Assembly (NCBI GenBank): GCA_964016885.1
Contig: OZ024745.1
Span: 48,174,001 to 48,238,000 of the forward strand
Reading direction: 5' to 3'
DNA from: Eledone cirrhosa
Taxonomy: Eukaryota
Length of the DNA: 64,000 bases
Shown: positions 1 through 13,847 of the stretch, piece after piece
How positions within the stretch are numbered: position 1 is the stretch's first letter
How the letters are laid out: each line of letters starts with the position of its first letter
Notes under the pieces: generated by a model
The model's input: the letters and a program-made list of their open reading frames with translations, nothing else
Databases searched by the model: none
What the model was told of the DNA's origin: nothing
Translations under genes and position numbers: made by a program

Positions 1-404
1 GAAACGCCCCCTACCCTATTTTTCCATTTTTCAATATACTACTGATTTTAATATCAGTAGATTACTGGGCCAAATCAAGTTATGTTAGAATCTTTAAAAA
101 GATCTCGTACGAATTAAATACAAAAAAGTTTCAGTCCCAAACAAAAGCAAGCTATTTCAAATTATATATTTTAAAAAATGACATGAATGTTCTCAAAGAT
201 TTTGAGTGGATAGACAATTCTACAATTCAAACTGTAAAGTTAAAATACAAAAGATGCAAAATATGAAGAAATTCTTATCTTTCTCTTGAATCACAAACTC
301 AAGCGAAAAATAGTACCTTGCAAAATAAAGTGCCTTGATCACAAACTTAGTTGCAACAAATGAATTGAGATGCTTGGTGACGGTGAATAAACAATATCTG
401 TATC

Positions 405-445
<41 letters not shown>

Positions 446-1283
446 GATAGATACACATACACATGTGTGCGAGCATTAACCCCCCCCCCCCCATACACAC
501 AAACGTGTGTGTGTGTCTGTGTGTGCCTTGTTTTTGGTACAGAAAGAATTTTGTCTTCAGTTTTATTATTGCCGGGTCAAAGGCCACTGCTCTTTTCAAC
601 AACGTCAAATAACAACGCCACCACCATCATCATCATCATCATCATTTAACGTCTATCTTCCACGCTAGTATGGGTTTAGACGGGAATTGTCCTACGTGAG
701 GCAAGATTGGTTGTCTTGCTCGTATAGGACTGTCTGGCAGGTTTTCTACGGCTGGATGCCCTTCCTAACACCAACCCCGTTTACAGTGTGGATATATATG
801 TAGAGAGAGAGTGAAAGAGAGAGTAAGAATGGGTCTACGTGTTTGGTACACATCTATCTATCTATCTATCTATCCAACAGAGGGCTCAAACATGCAGCCC
901 GCGAACTACTTTTCTATGGTCCGTGGGAGAACCAATATTTCAGATTCCATTATAACTGGTGAAAATAGGGCGGTGAGCTGGTGGAATCGTTAGCACATCT
1001 GGCGAAATGCTTAGCGGTACTTCTTCCGTTTTTACGTTCCGAGTTCAAATTCCGCCGATCTCAACTTTGTCTTTCATCCTTTTGGGGTCGATAAATTAAA
1101 TACCAGTTGTGAACTGGGATCAATGTAATCGACGGGACCCTAAACCCTAAATTTCATGCCTTGTACCTATAGTAGAAATGATTATAACTGATGAAAATCA
1201 TCACCCACCACCACGTTTGGCCCACTGTGCCTCTCCTCCAGGACATAATGGCCCTTTTATGTCCTTCAGTTTGAGACCCCTCT

Positions 1284-1327
<44 letters not shown>

Positions 1328-1580
1328 CATTTTACTTTTTTTCTGTCTCTGGACTACGCCCATGCTGGAGCATCACCTTGGTAAGTTATGGGGATGTCAA
1401 CAAACCAACAAGCATTGGTGGGAGCGCAAACGCAAAGACACACACAGACATATATACATATATACAACGCGCTTCTTTTAGTTTCGGTCTATCAAATCCA
1501 CTCACAGGGCTTTGGTTAGCCCGGGCTGTGGGACTGAACCCAGAAACGTGATTGGGAAGCAAGCTTCTTGTCACACTGCG

Positions 1581-2425
1581 CATCATCATCATCATTATTT
1601 TATGTCCGCTTTCCCCTGCTTGCAAGGGTGGGACGGGTCTTATTCAGCATCTTTCCACTTGTCACGGTCCTTCGTCATCTCCACCGTGAGCATCAGCGAT
1701 CTGAGGTCTGTTCTCACCACCTCCACCCATGTTTTTCGTGGTCTACCTCTACCACGTCTTCCTTCAACTGGCATTTCCTGGCACTTCTTCACCCATCGGT
1801 CATCCTCCATGCGCATCACATGTCCATACCACCGCAGTCTCCTCTCTCGCACACTACATTCTATCCCTCTCAGACACAGTTTCTCTCTCAACACATCCAT
1901 GCTGGGTCGTTCACGCACATTAACATTGCACATCCAACGGAGCATGCTTGCCTCATTTCTCTCCAGCCATCGCATATCCTCTGCAGTTGCTGCCCAAGTC
2001 TCACTACCATGCAGCATCGCGCTTCTCACACAGGCATCATATAACCGGCCTTCCGTATGCAGGGAGAAACCCTTCTTCGTCAGCAGCTCCCTAAACTTCT
2101 TCCAACCTGTCCTTATTCTAGATACTATGGCCTCAGAACCCCCCCCCCCCTCCCATGCTACTCTGATCTCCTAGGTACCGGAAGCTATCCACCACTTCGA
2201 TAGCACCCGCCTGCATTTGAAAAATGTGTCTATCAATGCGACTTCTACTGTCTAATTTCCCTGTACATCTACTGCTTACTTAGTTTTTCCTACCTGTTAG
2301 TTTGTACTAACTGTTGTGTACCCAGGATCTGCATTGTGTGCATTTTATAGAATTTATGCCAGTTCCTTTTCTGCATATCGAACATGGCCATTTCCCTGAC
2401 GGAATCAGAGTTTTGAAAGTCAAGT
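1581..2425 (-). mobile_element. RTE-clade LINE, 5'-truncated (family A)
   Basis: ORF 1640-2029 (MLHGSETW...RRLRWYGHVMRM...GRPRKTW); (CAT)n tail at 1581. Confidence 0.88.
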
Positions 2426-2633
2426 TACTTTATAACTTTGTTTTTATTTTGTTGTTTTTATTTTTATTGTTAATTTAATACCTAATATCTGACTCTGTAT
2501 CTAAAGAATTAATTCAGCGAAACACAGAACTTCTCGATGGATTTTACAAGATTAAATTTGACTTCTATCCAGAGGTAGACCAGACTGAAAAAAGAAAAAA
2601 TATATATATATGTGTGTGTGTGTATATAATATA

Positions 2634-2670
<37 letters not shown>

Positions 2671-3670
2671 CTACATACATATATACATACATTTACCTAT
2701 GTATATAGCTATGCATTTATACATTTGTATATATACATTCATTTATATTTAAGTGTGTAAGGATGTTGACATGATTTATGGGTTTTTTTGTAAGGAGAAA
2801 TTTTGTCTCCAGATTTTATTACCTAGGGAGATTAAATACCTCACCTCTGGCTGAAAGCTGACCAGGTTCTCAACCTCATCAAACACCAACGCCGGCTTGT
2901 GTGTGTATATATGTGTTTGTATGTATGTATGTATGTATGTATGTATGTACGTCACCCTCCTCACCAAGGAGTGGAGTGAGTGGGGGGGGGGGGAACAATT
3001 GTACAAATCTCTCAGCTTAGATTCGCTACATATATATGTATCATCATCATCATCATTTAATGTCCATTTTACGTGCCAGCTTGGGTTAAACGAGCTGTCT
3101 CGTTGTGAGACAAGCCAGGTTGGAGGACCGTATTTTGCCCATACAGAAGTGATTTTGGCTTGGTTTCTACAGCTGGATACCCTTCCTAATGCCAACCACA
3201 TTTACATGGTGGGTATGTATGTATACATGCATGCATGTATGTAGCTGTGTCTTTGAGCAGCAAGGTATGTAATAATAGCTGTCATAACAGCTATAGGCTA
3301 TTATTTATGTCAGTTGATATAACATGATAGTTGCTGATTGATTGAGATGATTTCAGTTAATTTGGCTGTCAAATAAATCTGTAGGCAGGGCCTATGAGAG
3401 GGGTATTCCAGCTGGTACTTTGTTCTGGGACCCAAGAATTAAGAAGACCCCACAGCAACCATGCATCATCCATGTTGAGAAAAATCTTTGCCTGCTTTGG
3501 GCCCCAAAGGGGTCTTATACCACATTGAAAAATTTCTCTTGTAAGTTCACATCCCTGCCATGTCATGAAAGTGGTTCACCCTTTATCAGGAAACATTCAC
3601 GGCATGTTTACTATTTCATTTTGTTTTCAATTAATAAATTGAATATAATAAGGATTTTTATGTTTTTCAG

Positions 3671-3749
3671 GTATATTTACGATAAATTTGTAGTAGGTCA
3701 GGTGTATTTAGAAGCTAACAATGGCAGAAATTATTTTGATTCTAAAGAG
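3671..3749 (+). CDS. C3-like exon (MG3): YIYDKFVVGQVYLEANNGRNYFDSKE
   Basis: ttttcag acceptor, gtaag donor; resembles YxYGKPVxG. Confidence 0.75.
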
Positions 3750-6700
3750 GTAAGATTTTTGTCAAATATGGAAATATTTTCATTGTATTGGATTTCTTCT
3801 CTACCCATTATACATCCATTAACTTATCTCTCTTTGTATTTTATCTATATATTATATATTTATGTGTCTCCATACATCTGTCTGTTGATTTCTTCTTCTA
3901 TTACTTTTCTACAGACATATTCCAATACATATCATCATCTTTCCCATCATCATTTAATGTCTATTTTCTCTGCTATCAAGGGCTGGGTGGGTTGTCACAG
4001 ACCAATTCAGTACTCAAGCAGAGCTACTGACCACTCAGATTGATAGAAAGTGGGGGTGCAACTCCATCTTGCTTACATATGTTCCCATGCTCTACTGAGT
4101 ACATTTTATCATGGCACCAGTGCTAGGGAGGTTGTCATGTCTTTGAAACAGTTGAAGGATCCCCCTGATCCTTTATTTGGGAGGTTTTTTTCTATGGCTG
4201 GATGCCTTTTCCTAATACACACCTTCACACATATACACAATGTACAGTTGCAAATGTTAATCTCATGAGACCATGAATTTGCAGCCAGAAAGGCTTCCTT
4301 CAGTCATGTTGGTAGAGCAGTGGTGTCTGCTGCCACTGTAGAGACACACACATGAGTGAGATCTCTGAGTGTCGAGACTACATTTCAAGGAACTTTATTC
4401 CAGGATTCTTTGCTTGTTTTTTTCCATTGAGTGCACTTTTCTTCAGTAGCAAACATCAATTTCTCATCTCCTCTTTTAAAATTTTTGTTTATTTTCAGCC
4501 CTCTCTACTTCCAGCCTTCAGTACTTTCAGCCCTTTCTATTTCCAGCCTTCACTAATTTCAGCCCTGTCTGCTTCCAGCCTTCTCTACTGCCACCCTTCT
4601 CTACTTCCGGCCCTGTCTACTGCCAACCTTCTCTACTTCCAGCCCTATCTACTTCCAGCTTTGTCTACTTCCAATTGTGTCTAGTTCTTCCAGCCTTCCC
4701 TAGTTCCTTTATCTTTCTGTTAATCTATCCACTTATCAATATTACGACCCTTGCCATTCTGAGTTCAACTCCCGCCGAGGTTAACTTTGCCTTTTATCCT
4801 TACGGGGTCGATAAAATAAAGTACCAGTAATGTACTGGATAATTGCTGGCCGATGTGCCAATAGTAGAAACAATATTATTACTTTCTCTGTTAATCTACA
4901 GTTATCAATACTTGTTCGTAATATATATATATTCTTTAATATCATACAATTAAATTCACTATCTAATTTTCCTGTTTATGATTCTATTAAAGTTAAATAA
5001 TGGTCAGTGTACTTTCAACATAAAAATGAAGGAAAAACAGGCAAATCTTCAAATGTTTAATGTTAAAGTTCGAGTTATTGAAAGCAACACAAGAGCAACA
5101 GAATATAAAACTGATAATACAGCAACATTTATCAACATGAAAGAAACCGATCTCCAATACAAAGTAAGTATCAAATGTATAGAAAATAACATCTAGATGT
5201 TGATTAAACAAATATGTCTATTTTATTCATCTCTTCTCTGCCTTGTCATTATTATACGTTTCATTATAGTTTAGCAAAGAAAGGAAGTGAAGTGACCATG
5301 GCTATTTTTTCAAAACCCCTGAGACTATTGGGAAGAAAGGAAGGTAGGAGGAAGGTTTCTTTAACTGGAAACCTGGCCTGAATGCTTGCAACAAAGTGGT
5401 GTTCACTAAAGGCCCCTAAGTCCCATATGATGGCGTTAAACTGGATGATAGGTTAACTTTCCTACCCCACCAAAGTTATGCCCCGGCTCAGTGTCATCAT
5501 TGTAACATTTGATTTGATTTTTATATGACCACCCAGTCCACATTGTAACATGGTTGGTGTTAGGAAGAAACCAAGTCAAAATTGAGATCCATATAAACAA
5601 GATGTAGTCACCTGATCTGACTTGTCTCATAACATGACAACCTGTCTAACCCATGCAAGCATGGAAAATGGACATTAAACGAAGATGTTGGTGTATGAGT
5701 TAGATGGGCATGCAGTGTTGAATATGTCTATATGTCCCCATATGATGAAAGATCTTTAGATAAATTTAAACACTTTAAAATAAACAGCTTTGTATTGTAA
5801 AACAGATTCATGTTGTTTGGTATCAAAAAAATTAATTTGTGCCAGAAATGATTATTATATTTCTATTTTTAGGAGTTATTAGATGCCAATGAAAATAAAC
5901 ATTATAAAGACGTATCAGACCAGCAGAAAAACAACAACGTTTCAATTATATTAACTCGAAGCAATATAAAACTTTTAACAGTAAGTAAAATATTTTGAAT
6001 AGATGATTAACCCTTTTATTACTTTATTCCTAATGAATGACACTATTTGTGATCTACAAATAATTTTCAAAATAATCAAGAATTTTGATGTATTTTTTAA
6101 GCTGAGGTTTATGGCAGTGGATTGGTAGAATCCTTAAAACATCAGATGAAATGTTTTTGAATTTGTTCTGCATGTAATATGGAATGAAATTGAAATAACA
6201 ATAGAATATGTATAGTTTGAGTTGTATTCCTCTAAATATAATCTTGCTACAAATTGCTGGTCTTGTGCCAATGCTAGAAAGAATTATTAAGCTGGTGTTT
6301 GGAGCATTTAAATGTTTTTAGCATTTAAACTGGCTGTATCTGTCCCAAATTCACTAACCTCTTTTTATTCAACCAGCTGTAACTGGCTGCTCATACTTAT
6401 GTTAAAGTATTGTTCTCAAAATAAATAATATCAAAATGTTGTAGATTCAATATTATGTAAGATAATTAGGTAAGATAAAGTCTTTACCACAAAAATACCA
6501 TAGTACGAGGGTAATCCCAAAAGTAAAGCCTCCAAAGCGATGGGGACACAGAGAAACTGTTTGTACGGCTGTTGGCAACACTGTTGTGATTGGTGCTTTC
6601 TTCACTCCTAAACAAGTATGTGCGTGCTTCGCTGGGATGCTCAATCTTGGCTTGGCAGCCGTTGAGAATGGAGCTCCCGTTGAACGCTACCGCCAAGTGC

Positions 6701-7557
6701 TAATTTCGAGCAGTTATTATATACGAAGGCAATCCCAAAAGTAAGGTCTCCTTCCGAGGAAAACATGCATAAAGATCGGCGGATCACTCTGGATGCTCTC
6801 TGCATTTTGGTTCCTGAGGTTTCCCGAAGCACCATCCACAGGATTTTAACGGAAAAGTTGCAATATCGGAAGTAGACCTTACTTCTGGGATTGCCCTCAT
6901 ATATATAGAGTAATGTAAATGCTAAAATGTTAAAGTTTATAAACATAAAATTATGTGAACATAGCATAATCAAGAGGTTAGCTTCACAATAACTAGGTCT
7001 TGTGTTCAATCCCACTGCATGACATCTTGAACATGTCATTTACCATGACCTTATGTTGTGAAATTGGAAAGAAGGAAACTGTTTTGAAGTTTGCCAAGTG
7101 GACTGTGCCAGTAATTCAAAGGGACAGCTTTGTTATATAGTGTTTCATGCTGAATCTCTCAGAATTAAATTAGGGGTACATATATCTGTAAAATGTTCAG
7201 TCACACATTAATTTCATGAACAGCCTATTCTATTGATTGATGAATTGGAACACTCATCATAGAAATTGACAGACATACATCAACATAAAATTATGATGGA
7301 AGGTTTTTCTTTTGCTTTTTTTGATAAATATAAAAACGTTAATAAAATATAAATTGTTTTGTATCATAGAAACAAGAGTGGTTTCAAGCAGTCTTGGTAT
7401 CAAAACGGTTAATTGATAAGCTTTATTTCTTTTAGAGAATTGTTGTTGCAGTTGTGTAGTTCTAGTCTAGACTGGCCAACTCTGATCAAACATATTTAGT
7501 ACCTGTATAATAATTATAGACTTACCTAGAGTTCTATTGTAACTTATGATGGATTAA

Positions 7558-7634
<77 letters not shown>

Positions 7635-8930
7635 CAGCAATAGCTATAACTTTGAAACAAAATGTTTTATCAGAAAGAATTCTTTGTTAATAAATTGTAA
7701 TGTAGAATTACTTAGTAGTTTTAGAATAATATAAGGGCCTGCTGAAAAGTTTATAGGCTGACTACAAATGTTAGAGCTGTGAAATCTTGCTTACATGCAT
7801 TAATTTGAACTCTTCTTATTAATAACTGCATTGTTTCTTTCCAGAAACTATGTTGAAAAATATACCTCATTTGGTCGTTCAACGAGAGTATCTTGGTCAG
7901 CCTATGAACTTTTCAATCTATAAACTTTTCAGCCAATGCTTGTATCATAAATTCCCTTCCATTTAGATTTATTTCTAGATAATATCTTTGTGTTTTTATT
8001 TTATTTATTTTAATAAATGATGCTATTTCTTCATTGGTAAATCTTTTGGCTTTATTTTGTAACATGTCTTTAATTTGATATTTTATGCAGGATAAGAATG
8101 TAAGAATAACAGCTGAAGTAACTGATTTGTCTGTAAGGACACTTTCTTATATGGTAAGAACAAATTTATTCTTTTATTGTCTTATTCTTTTACTGGTTTC
8201 AGACTAGGTCAGTTACCAGGCTTTGGGGTTTGGAAGAGACATTGGAATATTCTGGGTGGGCACTTCTAATTCACCTAATTCTAATGTGAAGTTTTGGAAT
8301 AAAGATATCACTGTAAATGTTCCTAAATCCAAGGGTATAGTATTGTAAAGTAGGGAGGCAGGGACAGTACCATCTAGTGTTCCCCTCCCAAGACGATGGG
8401 CTTCGCTTCTGTCATCAGATTATGATCATACTGGAGCATTACCATCAAGGGTTTTAGTGAATCATATCAACTAGAATATTTATTAGTAAATATTTGTGTG
8501 TTGAGGAAGGATGAAAGTATTTGGGTGAGAGGGAGGATGGAAATTATTATGGAAGAAAATAGATGAAGAGGAAGACCCAGACAGACATGGCTAAAGATGA
8601 TGGAAGAGGAAATGAAAACCAGTGTATTGGTGAGGAGGTAATGCAGACAGAAGAGAACAATGGTGAAGCTTGTTATAGCAGAAAAATTGTTCTTTAAATA
8701 CTTGTCTATATATATCATCATCATTTTATGCCTGCTTTTCCCTGCTTGCAAGGGTGGGATGGGTCCTATTCAGCATCTCTCTATTTGTCACGGTTCTTTG
8801 TTATCTCCTCCACGAGCGTCAGCGATCTGAGGTCAGCTCTCACCACCTCTGCCCATGATTTTCGTGGTCTTCCTCTACTGCGTCTTGCTTCTACTGGGAT
8901 TTCTTGGCACTTCTTTACCCAGTGGTCAGT

Positions 8931-8994
<64 letters not shown>

Positions 8995-11900
8995 TTTGAG
9001 AGGGTCATGCTGCCAATAAAAACACATGCACCTGTTGGTTTTCACTTCAATTTATTATATATATATATAGTAAGAATATTTTCAAAACAGCGAGTGGGTT
9101 TGAAATTATTAGAAATGTAAGCTATCGCCGTATTTTGACTAAAGAAATTAAAGAAATTATTTAGCCTGATAGTGGGGTTAAGAACCCTCGGAGAAATGGA
9201 AATACTCATCTTTTTCCATTTCTCCGAGGGTTCTTAACCCCACTATCAGGCTAAATAATTTCTTTAATTTCTTTAGTCAATATATATATATATATATATA
9301 TATACATAAACATACATGGCATGTTTTTATGATTTGATTATTACAGATTATATCAAAAGGAAAAGTTTTGTTAACAGATAAAAAGTCAAGTACCCATAAT
9401 GTTTGGAACTTTGACGTCGACATCACAAGTGACATGGTTCCCACTGCAAAATTTTTGGTCTATTATTATATGGAAAACAAAATAACAACTGCTTCCATAA
9501 ACCTCGATGTATATGATGTATGCCCATTCATGGTAAAATTCATTTAACTTCTGAACATCTCAACTTCCTTGTCTTAACTCGCATTTTTGTTGATAAAATT
9601 CCACCCCATCAACATTTATTTATGTATGTATGTTATCTCTTTCTCTTAATTTCGAGTATATTTTTGACCGGCCATCTTCCTGGTGGCAAGGTTGCAAAAG
9701 AAAAGAAATTGTCATCCCTTGAATCGCAAGAATGTTTTGCAAATTTTGAAGGTGCCAGCTATCGCAGCCATTTCTAGACTATGAATTAGGGAGCTGCGCT
9801 CTTTGTCCACAAATCCAAGTTCAGTCATACTTTGGTCCAAGCGGGTTGGTATATAACCCGTAGCTCCAATAATGATGGGTATGAAGCTAAAGGTGTATCT
9901 TGGATACTGGATTTGTAAACTCCTCATCAATGGTCCGTAGATGTCCTCCTTCTCCTGTATTTTTCTGACAACGTTTACACAAGTGGGCAGCTGATCTCCA
10001 CAACAGAACACGTTTTCAATGTGTGGTCCCAAACAACAATATCAGACCAGTTGTGCTTTGATTTAGTGGCAGTTTTTATTTTCAGGTTCCACCAGTATTC
10101 CTTAGTGCCATCTGTCTCATTATATTCTTCCTCGTTTGCTTTTAATTTTATTTTCCAAAGTGTGTTCCAGATGGTTCTAGCTATCCCATCGCGTCTCATG
10201 GGGAGGTAGTAGCGAGTTGTATGTATGTATGTTTTTGTTTTTTGTCCTGCAGCGTGTCCAAAATCACCCTCTTCACCAAGTAAACTTGGTGGGGTTGACG
10301 GTTTAGTCGCCGACGACCAGACCTTGCAACAGGTTGTACTGGGTTACTTGTTACCAGTAGCATTCAAGAGTGACCCGACAAAAAACAAAACCTGACAAAG
10401 GGCGGAAGAACTCATAAGAGTCAACGGCCAACAAAAAGTGTGTAAATATGTATGTATATGTGTATATACATGGGTGCATGTGTATGTATATGCGCGGGGA
10501 CATAGAAATAGTCAGGCTGGACACCCGATCGCGCGGTTAAACCACTAGGAGTGACTGACCCCTAGCCTTTGTCAGGGCATTCTTCTAGGAGAAGGCAACT
10601 CAGGAAACTGGGATAACCCCAATATAAAACCTACGGCTCAGTAGTTACCGATGATGTTGATCTTTTCTTCTTTTCGGGTTATAGCTACTGTCGCTCAGAG
10701 ATTGGGATTGGCTCAGTGCACAGTCTTTCCTCACTTTAAAAAATATCTTCACGCACAGGCATTGCACGATAGAATTAATTAATAATTATTAATAATGTTA
10801 TATCGTGCAATGGCCATACTCGATAACGAGGGGGCAGCCATCATGTATGTATGTATGTTTATGTATGTATGTATTTTCTTGTCTCTCTTTTGCTAATTAT
10901 CTCATGTGAGGTAACAATTATGCTCCATCCTGTTATTCATCCCTGGGCTGTGACTAATCTATTTTGCCTCATTACTTACACTTTGTCTGGTATGATTCTA
11001 AACAGCCACCGTGATAATTTTCCCAGTGCCTGGGATACACTCTGAGCTTTCATAGTTACCAGTCATAAAATACTGAAAACTCAAATTTCCTTTGATATTA
11101 GAATGAATGGCTGAATATTGAAAAGTGTTTATTCCATTTGTATCGTCAAATATTTGAATTTACTCTTTTACCTGTACCAGCCATCCGGCTGAGGCCATGC
11201 TGGGGCACCGCCCTTGGAATTACAACATTTTCTGATGTGACACAGTATTTCTTCTAACATAAATCATCATAATCATCGTTTTTGCACCCATTTTTTCCAC
11301 ACTTGGATGGGTCTTTCGTCACGTTCCTTCATTATCTCCTCTATAAGTCAGCGATTTTAGATTAGTTCTCACCAATTCTTCTCAGGTCTTTCTTGGTCTA
11401 CCTCTACTGCAGCTTCCTTCTACTGAGATTTCCTGCCACTTCTTAATCTAGCGATCCTCATCCATGCACATGGATCTTTCTGCTGTTATGATGTCATCAT
11501 CATCATTTCATCATTTTATTTTACGTCTGCTTTTTCCCTGCTTGCAAGGGTGGGACGGGAACTGATTCTGGCTTGATTTCTACAGCTGGATGCCCTTCCT
11601 AACACCAACCTCATTTACAGTGAGTGCTAGGTGCTTTTTTGCCGTGGCACCTCCACAACCACTTTGCAGTGGAATCTCATTTCTACAGCTGAGTAAACTG
11701 GAGCAATGTGAAATAAAGTGTCTTGCTCAAGGAAACAACACATCACCCGGTCTGAGAATTGAACTCACGACCTTTCGATTGCAAGGCCAATGCTCTAACC
11801 ACTAAGCCATGTGCCTCCATGATGTGTACGTAATAAAACAAACAGCACAAATAGACGGTTGAAAGAAAACAAATAAAATAAAATAATAGAAGAGTGGGCC

Positions 11901-13754
11901 TCAAGCTGTGGTGTCTGTCCTAAATAGAAAGCTAATCATTTTTATCACACACATCATACCAGCAGAAAGATTTATTTTTCTCTTGCACAATCCAGCATTT
12001 TAAAATGGTACTCTCAATTAAATTGTGCGAGATCATTTTGCTGGTTTGTGAGCTGATGAGGGTGAAAATGTGTGTCTATAAACTTATCTTGTACATTGCT
12101 TTCTTTATTTCCTTCTTCCAGTCACTTCTACATGCCAACACACTTCTCCTTGTCCTCTTCTTTCAGACTTTTCTATATTTCATCTACCTGTCACCCACCT
12201 TGTGGATTGTCTCTTTGTTGACCACTGGCCCCTGGTTTCTGTCTGAGTCATTTTTGTCTATTGCTGTCTTTGACAGCATTTAGCTGTTTTAACAGCTGTT
12301 CTATTGATGAATTTTCTCATTTTTATATGCATTCAAATACATTCTTGCTTCATCTCGATCAGAGACATTGTTATATATACATATGAACACAACAAACTTT
12401 CTAACAGTTTCCATCTACCAAATTCCCTGACAAGGTTCTTAGTAGAAAGTACTTGCCTAAGGTACCATATGGTAGGAACACACAAAAACCTTATGGTTGG
12501 GAAGCAAACTACTTAACCACATGCCTAGTTATATTTAACCATTTCGGTTTACATTCAAGTTTTGAAGCCAGTCACATTTAGATTTGTCAGTCATTAAAAT
12601 ATAAACCAGTGATGATGATTCAATAGACCAAGCCTCTTCTATATAAATTTGTCATTATGTCAAATTTACATATCCTAATTTTTTTTTTATTGCTAGGGGT
12701 ATTTTAAATCTCAAAGTTTTTTTCTTCTTATCAGCTCCTTGCATGGTTATTTTAACCTTTAAAAGGTCATCTAAGTAATTTTCAAAAAATCTTCACCATT
12801 ACATCATTCAATGGTTAAATAAAAAATTTAAAAAAGGAAAAGTAGGAGAGAGAAATGCATTTCTTTGATAAAGAAAAGGATGATATTTGTTCTTAGTGTT
12901 GTTATTTTTTACTATGCTTGTGTATCTTTTTAAATTATGTTTATCCTCATCTCATTTTTTCCCATGCTAGTATCAGTTGAATGAAACGTTTGAGGTAGTA
13001 TTCTACAGCTAAATGTCCTTCTAGAGGTGGCAAATGTAATGATCACTCATACTTATGTATCATCATCATTTTACATCCGCTTTTCCCTGCTTGCAAGGGT
13101 GGGACGGAAACTGATTCTGGCTTGATTTCTACAGCTGGATGCCCTTCCTAACACCAACCTCATTTACAGTGAGTGCTGGATGCTTTTTTTCTGTGGCGCC
13201 TACACATCCACTTTACAGTGTGGGCTGGGTGCTTTTTAGCCGTGGCACCTCCACGACCACTTTGCAGTGGAATGATAGGGACCCCAGTCCTAGCATCTCA
13301 TTTCTACAGCTGAGTAAACTGGAGCAATGTGAAAAAAAGTGTCTTGCTCAAGGAAACAACACATCACCCGGTCTGAGAATTGAACTCACAACCTTTCGAT
13401 TGCAAGCCCAATGCTCTAACCACTGCTGCTGCTACAACCACCTTTCTCTCTATACACAAGAGTTCTTTTTCAGTCTCCTTCTCAACAAGGAAGATGAAAA
13501 AAACTTACCTCAACACTTAATTTTAAATCTTTAATTTTTAGTTTTTAATACTTATTAATTATTTTTAATTGTAATACTCAACATTTGATAAGATGAATTT
13601 TACTAATACATCGAAACCGGTAATACTTTATATAAAACTCTCTTTTTAAAAGAATTGTCTCTCTCATTTTTTCAATAATGCCACTTTGACGAATCAAAGA
13701 AAAGGAAAAAAAGAAAAACAGACCCTTAAATATATTTTCAGTGCTATTTCCAAT

Positions 13755-13847
<93 letters not shown>

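Noticed and set aside
58-335. Possible upstream C3-like exon(s); also an open stretch at about 2485-2575
   Set aside because: Open frames with possible splice sites exist, but I recognised no MG2/MG3 motif and could not join phases confidently to exon 3671.
1512-2174. Antisense ORFs over LINE copies (also 19644, 20082, 22873, 33281, 33695)
   Set aside because: Shadow frames of the RTE ORF on the opposite strand.
9160-9202. Hammerhead within the 68-bp palindrome arm
   Set aside because: The core reads ctgatag rather than CUGANGA, and the GAAA spacing does not fit.
11745-11818. tRNA genes at SINE heads
   Set aside because: A/B boxes run directly into SINE bodies and no complete cloverleaf is evident.
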